Assembly (NCBI GenBank): GCA_965217585.1 | Contig: OZ244561.1 | Location: forward strand, 5,440,001 to 5,504,000 | Length of the DNA stretch: 64,000 bases | Source of the DNA: Candidatus Latescibacterota bacterium | GTDB taxonomy: Bacteria; Latescibacterota; UBA2968; UBA8231 | Reading direction: 5' to 3' | Part shown: positions 29,667-39,100 of the stretch, one piece after another | Layout: each line of letters opens with the position of its first letter | How positions within the stretch are numbered: the first letter of the stretch is position 1 | Made by a program: the position numbers and the translations under genes | The notes under the pieces: model-generated | The model's input: only the letters and a program-made list of their open reading frames with translations | What the model was told of the DNA's origin: nothing | The model's database searches: none

Positions 29667-30009
29667 ATCCCCTCTATGTAAAGATCGGAGAAGGGCTTGG
29701 TTAATTCTTCGCTTATTTTTGCCATCTTGGTTTCGAAATCTTCATCGACGTTACTGTCATTGACCGGAAATTTATTTAGCGCGACGAGCTTCTCATCGTT
29801 TGGATATTTCTTTATGTGCACTTCTAGCCACTGCAGGATGTCCACGCTATGTGTGGCAATGACAACCTTAACGCCTTGACGAGATAGCTCGAAGAGAATT
29901 TTTGCCATGGTTACCTGCCAAGCCGGGTGCAGATGCGCTTCGGGTTCGTCTATAAACAGGAAAGTTCCTCTATCTAAGATGCTTTTTTCGATTAGCAAGC
30001 CTAGCAAGC
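29663..30009 (-). pseudogene. ABC/AAA ATPase, C-terminal piece
   Basis: FIDEPEAHLHP Walker B/D-loop and ATHS. Cut by ISAs1. Confidence 0.85.
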
Positions 30010-31275
30010 CAGGGCAATCGCATTATAAATGGCCATGCGACAAAAGTTTAGCCAGATATTTGTGGTCCCAGCCAGCCTTGAGCCGTTTGGTTTGGATGCC
30101 AGCTTTGGTTGTTTTGTCTTGCTGGAGTAGATTGAGCGCGATGTGGCGTATAACGGCCATATTTTCGGGGCCATGCCCCCGGCGTATGCGGGACTGATCT
30201 TCGTTGAAGACGACATCAAGGATCCAGTGTAATGCATTCTCAATAGCCCAATGCCCGCGCACGGCCTGCCCCAACCGTTGGGCGTTGTTGTCCAGCGTGG
30301 AGATATAGTAACGTCGTTCGACCGAAACAGTATCGCCGCAGCGCCGGGTGGCCTCGACCATACCAAACAGGCGTAAGCCCGGCCACAGGGCATGCCCGGC
30401 AAAATCCTCGATCTGGTCGGTGGTCCAGTACTGCCGCGTTTCGCAACGCCCGTGGTTTTCGTCCTGAGTACCCCAATAATCTACGGCGGGATCAGCGTGG
30501 AGTTTCGAGTCGGAACGGTCAAAAAGCTGTTGGAGATGGGCGTGGAGTTTGGGTTGATTGGCCTTGACGGCCAGCACATAGTCGGCCTCTTGTTCGACGA
30601 CCTGTTCGGCCGTGCTCGTATGACACCCCAACGCATCGGTGGTGACCAGGCAGCCTTTGAGGCCTAACACGCGTAATAATTCGGGGATAATCGAGATTTC
30701 TTCCAAGGCTTCTTCACCATGGAATTGTCCCAAGACCAGCCGATTTTTTACCGCCCAAGCATGCACCATGTGGATGGCGGCTTGGCCCGAGCCTGTATCG
30801 TAGGAGCGGCGCAGCGTCTTGCCATCCAGCGGCACGATCTCGCCTTCGTCGGCCAACTTCGGCATCAGCGATTGCACCCAAGCGGTGAAACAGTCTTGGA
30901 AATGCCAAGGCGAAATACGGGCCAACACGCGACCGAAGGTATCATGCGAGGGGATGCCGTTGGGCAAAGCCAAGAACGTCTTAAGCCAGTCGGTTTTAGC
31001 CCGGCCAAATTCGGCGATCGCCACCCAGTTGTCGGCCCCGCAGATAGAGCCACACACCGCAATCATGAGAATATCAATCAAGCGATGCGCCCGACAACGC
31101 TCCATACGCGGGTCGGGGATATCGGCCAGATAATCCAGCAACCCTGAAGACGATGAGGGCATGAAGAAACACTCCGAGCAAGAGGGAAATGGGAGGACAT
31201 GAAGCTAATCTCCATAGAACGGCCAAAAGTAACATAACCGCATGGTAAAAATCAACTTATAATGCGATTGCCCTG
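30010..31275 (-). mobile_element. ISAs1-family IS, copy 1
   Basis: 19-bp IR CAGGGCAATCGCATTATAA at both ends. 10-bp TSD CCTAGCAAGC at 30000-30009 and 31276-31285. Confidence 0.95.
30023..31162 (-). CDS. ISAs1 family DDE transposase (intact)
   Basis: DPR, GIPSHDTF, DGK.LR.S, VKANQ, HWAIEN.LHW.LDV.F.ED. Confidence 0.95.
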   Translation of the reverse strand: MPSSSSGLLDYLADIPDPRMERCRAHRLIDILMIAVCGSICGADNWVAIAEFGRAKTDWLKTFLALPNGIPSHDTFGRVLARISPWHFQDCFTAWVQSLMPKLADEGEIVPLDGKTLRRSYDTGSGQAAIHMVHAWAVKNRLVLGQFHGEEALEEISIIPELLRVLGLKGCLVTTDALGCHTSTAEQVVEQEADYVLAVKANQPKLHAHLQQLFDRSDSKLHADPAVDYWGTQDENHGRCETRQYWTTDQIEDFAGHALWPGLRLFGMVEATRRCGDTVSVERRYYISTLDNNAQRLGQAVRGHWAIENALHWILDVVFNEDQSRIRRGHGPENMAVIRHIALNLLQQDKTTKAGIQTKRLKAGWDHKYLAKLLSHGHL

Positions 31276-31290
31276 CCTAGCAAGCCTAGA

Positions 31291-32561
31291 CAGGGCAATC
31301 GCATTATAACTGTCCATGTGCCAACAGGTTAGCCAGATATTTGTGGTCCCACCCGGCCTTGAGCCGCTTGGTTTGCATGCCGGCTTTGGTCGTTTTGTCT
31401 TGCTGGAGTAGATTGAGCGCGATGTGGCGTATAACGGCCATATTTTCGGGGCCATGCCCCCGGCGTATGCGGGACTGATCCCCGCGTACGCGGGGACGAC
31501 ATCGAGGATCCAGTGTAATGAATTTTCAATGGCCCAATGACCGCGCACGGCCTGTCCCAATCGTTGGGCGTTGTTGTCCAGCGTGGAGATATAGTAGCGT
31601 CGTTCGACCGAGACCGTATCGCCGCTTTGCCGGATCGCCTCGACCATACCGAACAGGCGTAAACCCGGCCAGTGGGCATGTCCGGCAAAGGTCTCAATCT
31701 GGTTCGTAGTCCAGTAGTGCCGCGTTTCGCAACGTCCGTGGTTTTGGTCTTGAGTAAACCAATAATCTACGGTAGGATCGGCGTGGTGTTTCGAGTCGGA
31801 GCGGTCAAAGAGCTGTTGGAGATGGGCGTGGAGTTTGGGTTGATTGGCCTTGACGGCCAGCACATAGTCAGCCTCTTGTTCGACGACCTGCTCGGCCGTG
31901 CTCTTATGACACCCCAACGCATCGGTGGTGACCAGGCAGCCTTTGAGATCTAACACGCGCAATAACTCGGGAATGATCGCAATTTCTTCCAAGGCTTCTT
32001 CACCATGGAATTGCCCCAAGACCAGCCGATTTTTTACCGCCCAAGCATGCACCATGTGGATGGCGGCTTGGCCCGAACCCGTATCGTAGGAGCGGCGCAG
32101 CGTCTTGCCATCCAGCGGCACGATCTCGCCCTCGTCGGCCAACGGGAGTGTCAGCGATTGCACCCAAGCGGTAAAACAGTCTTGGAAATGCCAAGGCGAA
32201 AGACGGGCAAACACGCGACCGAAGGTATCATGCGAGGGGATGCCGTTAGGCAAGGCTAGAAAGGTCTTAAGCCAGTCGGCTTTAGCCCGGCCAAATTCGG
32301 CGATCGCCACCCAGTTGTCGGCCCCACAAATGGAGCCGCACACCGCAATCATAAGGATATCAATCAAGCGATGCGCCCGACAACGCTCAATACGCGGGTC
32401 GGGAACATCGGCCAAATAATCCAGCAACCCCAAGGATGATGAGGACATGCAGACACACTCCAAGCAATAGGGAAAAGGGAGGACTGGAACCTAAGTTCCA
32501 TAGAAAGGGAAAAAGGAACATAACCGCATGGTAAAAATCAACTTATAATGCGATTGCCCTG
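31291..32561 (-). mobile_element. ISAs1-family IS, copy 2 (diverged)
   Basis: Same 19-bp IR. 10-bp TSD CAAGCCTAGA at 31281-31290 and 32562-32571. Confidence 0.95.
31304..32448 (-). pseudogene. ISAs1 transposase with +5 frameshift near the 3' end
   Basis: TTCAACGAA of copy 1 is replaced by CCCGCGTACGCGGG at 31481-31494. Confidence 0.85.
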
Positions 32562-32939
32562 CAAGCCTAGATTAGCGACCCCCATGGCCGCTAGCGACAA
32601 AGGAAAGGACTTGTCTTTCTCTTGGAACAGCAACTCGTTGTTTTCGGAAATTACTAATTTGCCGCCAATTGCGTCGGCTAACCACTTATGCAAGTCCTGG
32701 AAGATGTCGTTATGCGGATACGACGTGCGGAGGGCGGAGACCAAGCCGTAGAAATAACCGGGAACGCCGTTCATTTGTTTTCTATTGCTAGAGAACCGTG
32801 GGTTGATTCTTAGGCTTTCAAGAGCTTCCTTCAGTTTCCAATAAATGGGAGATTCTAGATAGAGCACCCTAGAGCTGTTGCAGTTTCTGAATGCCGCCGG
32901 GATGTGGATTGAAACTGTGTTCTTCATTTTCTTCCTTAA
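32562..32939 (-). pseudogene. ABC/AAA ATPase, middle piece (5' part deleted)
   Basis: LYLESP...LSLAAMGVANLG joins the 29663 piece in frame after IS removal. Walker A part is absent. Confidence 0.8.
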
Positions 32940-34044
32940 CTGACGTTACGCAGTTTTGAGGGTTTGTAGCTCCTCAAAAGCACATCGGATAGCGTTGAGA
33001 TAGAGTCTGGATCGCAGGGCGAAGTGCTTGAGTTGGTGCTTGATTCGCAGGCCCTCCAATCGACCGGCGGCATACAGGGCCATAAAACAGTGATTACTTT
33101 GGGTGCGTACTCGCTTGGTCGGCGACTTGGCTAAGGCGGCATGGGACTTGAGCGTTTTATGAAAGATCTCCACGTTCCACCGTTTCTGGTAGATTGCTTC
33201 GATGGTGGGGCCATCACAGGTTAGATCGCTACACGCCAGATACAACGTGCCGGTGCTGCCGTCTTGGTTTGTAAAGACCTGGCGGAGTACTAAGACGGGG
33301 AAATCCAGTCCTTTGATCCAGCCTTGCACCGGCTGGTGTTCGGGCAGGTCGCAGCCATCTATGCGGGTGAAAGCACCTTGGCGTTTGGCTTCATAGCTCA
33401 AGGCAACCGTCCTATTGGATTTAAGCGCGACGACGAAGTGTTTTTTGAGGGTTTGGCGGATGAAGGTTAAGTTATCTTTGGCCGAAAACCAGCTATCAGC
33501 CAACACATAGCGATACTGTAACTGATTGTGCTGACAGGTGCGCAACATCTGGCGCATCAACTCATTTTTGGTGTGCAGGCTCTTACGCTTGACCTGACGG
33601 GTCTGCACATCACTAAAGAGAATCGGTTTGCGGATCAACGCATACGTCACCGGCAGACTCATGCCGCTGGCATGATACACGCAGTTGAGCAGGTTGATGC
33701 CTTTGACCGACCGATGTTGACTGTGATCATAATGCCAACAGATCAGGTCGTTCTCATCCGTATGCGGCTTTTCTTGGATCGTATCATCTATAATCAGTAC
33801 CCCATCCTCCTGTTGGATGTCGCGCACCAGCGGCTTGATCTGCTGCCACAGCGTTTGGCCATCATAGTCGGCACCCGACAGAAAGCGCGTGACCTGATCG
33901 TGGCTGACCGCCCCGTCCACCAAAGCCGACAAGCCGGTCGCCGTGGTCGCGCCAAACGAACTGAGCAGGTAATCGCTATATAATTCTAACAGGTGTTTGT
34001 CCATACCTTGAAGATACCACTAAATGAAAACTGCGTAACGTCAG
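32940..34044 (-). mobile_element. IS701-like IS
   Basis: Perfect 18-bp IR CTGACGTTACGCAGTTTT. The flanking 4-mers TTAA and TGAA do not match. Confidence 0.9.
32946..34004 (-). CDS. DDE transposase (IS701-like)
   Basis: SHDQVTRFL, IIDDT..EK, LADSWF, Y.KRW.VE..HK.LK. Confidence 0.9.
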   Translation of the reverse strand: MDKHLLELYSDYLLSSFGATTATGLSALVDGAVSHDQVTRFLSGADYDGQTLWQQIKPLVRDIQQEDGVLIIDDTIQEKPHTDENDLICWHYDHSQHRSVKGINLLNCVYHASGMSLPVTYALIRKPILFSDVQTRQVKRKSLHTKNELMRQMLRTCQHNQLQYRYVLADSWFSAKDNLTFIRQTLKKHFVVALKSNRTVALSYEAKRQGAFTRIDGCDLPEHQPVQGWIKGLDFPVLVLRQVFTNQDGSTGTLYLACSDLTCDGPTIEAIYQKRWNVEIFHKTLKSHAALAKSPTKRVRTQSNHCFMALYAAGRLEGLRIKHQLKHFALRSRLYLNAIRCAFEELQTLKTA

Positions 34045-34045
34045 T

Positions 34046-34939
34046 GAATTAGTAGGAAGAGTATTGCTCATCGGCGGGTTAGTCGGGTTCGCGACCGGGG
34101 TGATCCAAATTTATCGCGCCAAGCTGCGCCGGGATGATGCGGTGATGGGCGGGCTGTACCGACATATCCGGCATCCCCAGTACCTTGCGCTGATCGTGGC
34201 CAGTGTTGGCATGTTGCTGATCTGGCCGCGCTATCTGGTACTCGTGCTGACAGTGCCGGTAATTTTCATCTACATTGCCCTAGCCAAGGCCGAAGAAGGC
34301 ATCTGTCTGCGCCAGTTTCCCGGATACGCCGACTACATCAAGCGCACCGGCAGGTTTCTTCCGGCGTGGTTCAACCTCAACATCTCCTTGCGATTCGGTG
34401 CCAGCCAGCTAACGCGGTTTGCGGGATGGGCGCTGACCTACGCGATCGTCCTTGGGCTGGCGCTCTTGGCTGCATTTGGCTTGCGGGTTCTCTCAATGAA
34501 CGCGCTTCATACCTATCAGGGGGATGAGGGCGTCTATTTGTCTGTCGTCGAGATTGCGGACGAGGACCTCGCCGCCGTAGCAGCGATTGCACGTTCGGCA
34601 CCGGAAGTGCAGGCGGCCCTATCCGGCAAAGAGCATCTGCTGAACTACGTCGTGCCGACACAGATGTATATTTCGGAGATTCCGATGTATCTGCCCCCTG
34701 GAGAGATGTTCGGACATTCCGTGCCATCCGACCGAAATCCCGCGCTGTACAAGATCATCTTCACCGAAGCCGTTTTCGGCGGCGAGGGGTTGCCCGCAGG
34801 TGGCGATATCCTTTGGAATGCCGTCAACAAGATACCGCTGGTGGAAGTACACGTGGACCTGAGCACCAAGGTCGTCACCGCGGCCTTATTGCCGCCGCCA
34901 GAGCCGTTCTACGGCAACCGGCAGGTGCCGCTTTTCTGA
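34046..34939 (+). pseudogene. Isoprenylcysteine/phospholipid methyltransferase-like membrane protein, 5'-truncated
   Basis: GLYRHIRHPQY, EE..C, Y..Y...T.RF.P motifs. No good start codon; begins next to the IS end. Confidence 0.65.
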
Positions 34940-34969
34940 TGACGGGGCTATGCCGACCCTCGCAGGCGG

Positions 34970-35090
34970 CTATCCCTCAAGCGATGTCCGCAGGACGATA
35001 CAGGCCTTCCCCAAGTCATGGCCGATGTAGTCACCTCGATGGGGGACGATTTCGGTGAAACCCTGTCGAGTCCAGAACTGCAGCCCGTAC
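34970..35090 (-). pseudogene. GNAT acetyltransferase C-terminal fragment
   Basis: GLQFWTRQGF resembles GNAT motif B. Confidence 0.4.
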
Positions 35091-35166
35091 GACGATCTCC
35101 CCCTCCGACCATGTGCTCGGCAACATGTCCCTATCGCTCTCTGAGCTCGTCGTTGTTCATAAAACG

Positions 35167-36039
35167 CTATTTCTTCGCTTTCCTCAGCGCCTCTTTGAAC
35201 GCCTTCTCGATCTCGCCGCGCGCGACGATCGCGTCCTTCCACACATCGGGAAAACAGTCGAGAGCATAACCCGAACCCCTCGGCCCCAACTCGACGACAG
35301 CCCATAGCTCGGTGGCACCGCGCTGTCCTTTGACCCAATGGTAGAGCAAGTGCTTGAGGAAGTTGTCGCGCCAAGTGATAAAATCTGCGTCCAGCGCCCC
35401 GCGGCCGTTAGTAACCGGCGTCTGGCAATGACTGCCAGTAAAGGTGCGGAAGTGAATTAACTCGCTCATCTTGAGCAGGTCGGGGCGGTACTCGGCGATG
35501 CGCTCCCAGAAGTTGGTAGGCCGTAGCTGTTTGATGATCGCCGGGTGCGAGTGGTCGAAATTGGTGCGCAGCTTCTCCTTGTAGCGCTTCTCGTACTGCG
35601 CCGCCAGCGCCAACCCCTTCTCCGGGGTCTCGGTGCAGGTGTCGCGGTGCCACTCAATCGCCGGTTTGAGCTTGAGCTCTTTGCCCGCCTGCATCACCGC
35701 CCGCGCCACCGTCACCGCCTTGCGGATCTCAGTGTCGTGGTCGCAGAGCTGGATGTTGATGTGCTCGGCACCGGCTTCTTTAAAGGCCGTCAGTTTCGGA
35801 CCGGCTTCCTCTACTGTGGCCACATCGACCCCACCGACGAGCTGTAGCCCGTGCTTGGCGCAAGCCTCGGCGATCTCGGGGTCGGCCCCGGCGCTGAAGC
35901 CGACAAAGCCAGCGTCCTTGGCCGCGCGAACTTTGCGGTCCATCGACCACTGCTTGGCTTCGGACGGGTAGTTGGTCAACGTCCACGCGGCAGCGCAGAG
36001 ATTGAGTTGCGGTCTTTTGGCCTGCTTTTTCTTAGCCAT
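35167..36039 (-). CDS. Xylose isomerase-like TIM-barrel protein
   Basis: EWHRDTCTETPE, DHSH and ELGP metal-ligand-type motifs. SD GGAGAGG. Confidence 0.8.
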   Translation of the reverse strand: MAKKKQAKRPQLNLCAAAWTLTNYPSEAKQWSMDRKVRAAKDAGFVGFSAGADPEIAEACAKHGLQLVGGVDVATVEEAGPKLTAFKEAGAEHINIQLCDHDTEIRKAVTVARAVMQAGKELKLKPAIEWHRDTCTETPEKGLALAAQYEKRYKEKLRTNFDHSHPAIIKQLRPTNFWERIAEYRPDLLKMSELIHFRTFTGSHCQTPVTNGRGALDADFITWRDNFLKHLLYHWVKGQRGATELWAVVELGPRGSGYALDCFPDVWKDAIVARGEIEKAFKEALRKAKK

Positions 36040-36181
36040 TATCCTCTCCTTTGCATGAAAAATTAAACGGCAATTCGTCCTTCTCCGGTATACACATTGA
36101 ACCCCCGCCCGCGCAAAAATCCCAACAGCGTTATCCCCGATTCCCGCGCCAGATCCACCGCCAAATGACCACCGCACAATC

Positions 36182-39100
36182 TCAAAAAGAAAAAAGCTCT
36201 ACGGAAGAGGGCCTACTCTTGCCCTCGCAAAAATACAGAGCCTTGAATTTGGCCATTTGTTTGATTTTGTCGATCAATACTCGTTCCTGCTGCGAGCTCG
36301 ACACATTCCGTACAAGTGACTTGGCATCCGCTTCGTTCAATCGCAAAACAAGATAGTTGGCGATAGCCGAAAATACCGAGACGTCGAAGTCCTTCGCCTC
36401 CTGCGAGGCAAGCACTAGCGAAATACCGTACTTCCGGCACTCTTTCGCCATGGTAGGAATGAGCTTTAACCCTGCGGCCCGGTGTGCCTCGTCGAAAATC
36501 AAGGCGTGCGTGATTCGATCTTGGATTCCTCTGCGGAACATGTCTTTGTAGAGACCGTAAAACACCAACGACGCAAAGGCTCGCTGAAGGTTGTCATTCT
36601 GAGTCGTGTGAATCCGAATGACGGTCGGCTGCTCGCTCTCCCACAGGCTACTGTGTGACTCGCGGAGATTGAAGAACCCGTAGTCTTCAAGTTCTTCCAA
36701 ACGTGCAAACAGCGTACGCAACCCGCGGTCCGGTTTCGGATCGCCGCGCAGAATCTCGACAAAGCGACTAAACGTCGGTTCCTGCAAATCCGCGGTAGCC
36801 GCGTTGGTGTTTCCCCATCCTACCTCAACGAAACTTTCCTTGATGGCTCCACGGATGCGCTCGGCCTGAATGTCGCCGAGTTCCGGGTAAATGGCTGCGA
36901 AAATATCCCGCATCTCACCCGCCACATCGAGATGCGCTATCCGAGACCCGCGGTCAACCACCTCCAGCGGGTTGAAGCCCAAACCATCAAAATCAATGAA
37001 CCGAACCGAATCAGCCGACTGCCCAAGTCGCTCGTCAATGTCCTGATGATAGGAAAAGACGATCGGGCGAATACCGGCTGCCATCATCTGATTACACAGG
37101 TTCAGAAGGCAGGTAGTCTTGCCCATACCGGGCTGTCCCGCTATCAAAAGATGAGGGTTGCCCTGTACGGTCAGCGGCCATCGAACTTCTGTGTTGGTAA
37201 AGGGATCGGTGCCGAAACAGATTGAGGGCACAGCATCAATGGCATCTTCCGTTTCTCCCCCGACGGCTTCTATATGGTCAGCGGATATATTGCTGGTGCC
37301 CCTTGCGGCGTCCTGCTCCGACGACGGTCGAGCCTTCGATTCAGGGGGGCTGGTGGTCATTTCACCACGAAAGTCCAAGTCCGGCAGCAGGCCAGGACCG
37401 CATAGGAATACCTTCGTACTCCAATTGTCTGGAGAAATCTCCAACGGACTCGCCCCGGCATACTCAGGGCAAAACACCCAGCCGCGGTCGCCGCTTCTGT
37501 CCGTGTCCAGCCTGTAGTCGCCGCCCTTTTCGATCATGCGGTCGATCTCGGCTACGAGCTCGGTATGCTGCGCCGCCGGTAAATGGTGCCTACGCGCCTT
37601 ATCTGCATAGAAGCGCAGAACCCGGGCCAACTTGGCACGGCGAACTGCTCTGAACGCAGAGCACTCTTCATGCGAATACCATTCGTTCCAACGCTTGCTC
37701 ATCGCAGCAGTCTGTTCTCGAATGCGGCGCAGGATGTCCGGAGACCTTGCAGCACGTAGATCTCGACGGTACTTGACCTCCACGAAACGGAACATCAGTC
37801 CCTTTCTCGGTGCCGCAGTCACGTATATCAGGTCCGGCCGCACCTCCCTCTCATCGCCGTCCTTGTCCGTCAACGGCGGCAAGAGATCCCGAACATCATC
37901 GACGGGAACGATGAAACCGCGTTCCAGCGATACCCAGCATGGATCCGTCTCCTGCGCCTGCTGGCAGTTTGCCTGTGAAACAGCGAGCGCGATCAACTCC
38001 GAAGTCGGCGGTTTGTCTCCGGTGAGGCGAATGGCGAGCCGGCCGCTGAGGGCTTTCAGATGCTCCAAGAGAAATTCCGCGTTGCGGCGGCTACGGCTGA
38101 GCCCCATCTGATCTAAGGCACCATCAAGCAGGACGCGTACCTCCTCCAAATTGCTAGTAGAGGTAATAAGCTGTAAGCAGCCCAAGTCCTCCCGTTCTGG
38201 AACGCAGTCAATCACGTAAGCATCGTAGATTGTCCGATTGTCCTGTGGGGAATCGAAGTACTCGATGCCGGCGTTTCGGTCCAAAGTGATGACCCAATCA
38301 CAAAGCCGGTGGAGCTCCGCGAGGCCGTCTTCCTTTTCCCGCGAGACCTCTGTGTACAGTACCGGCAGTTCTCCATTCACGGCACCGACATGCCGCGCCA
38401 CAGTGCCCTGTATGGCACGCTGCAAGTCCGCCAAGCGTTTAGTATGTGAGCGGTCCGCCGGGTGCCTCTCGCCATCTTTCGCCAGCGGGACCGTACTGCG
38501 CCATAGCGGCGAGGGCCTAGCGGCGAAGTCGCGCTCGTAGAACGAAAGCAGGCCAAACGCATGGAACGTCCCGTCGCTCGGCCTCTCCCGCTCGTCCAGC
38601 TTTACCTGCGACTCGAATGTGTCAAACGCCACGGCAACGTGGGCTGCGGTCTCCGGGTCAGGACCATCTTTGCGTGCCCAGCGCAGCCTCGGCATGTTCA
38701 CGCCGCCGGGCAGACTCAGGGATTCGAGCATCCACTGATCGTCGGTTGACACCACGCCAGCACCACTGCGCCGCCGTTCTCGCGCTTCGGCGATGAACCG
38801 TCCGGCAATTCCGCGTTGCTCCTCAGAAGGATACATTTCCAGCGAGAAGACGGGTGCCTCCTGCGATTCCTCCTCTGAAGCATCCTCATCATCGGCCCGG
38901 CGCAGGCGGTCGTGGACGAGGCCCAAAGACCGGGCAATAGTCAGACCATCTCCCGCCCGAAGGGCGTGAACACGGAGTAGTCGGGACGTGTTGTGGCAAT
39001 CCAAGTACTTGACGATCTCGTCCCCGACCACCTCTGCGCTCTGTCCCCCCACCGTCGGAGCGGCGTCCATTGACTCACCTTCGCCCAGCGCACGGGCGAG

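Noticed and set aside
31472-31500. CRISPR array
   Set aside because: Only one repeat-like unit, no spacers and no cas genes. Its flanks are native IS sequence.
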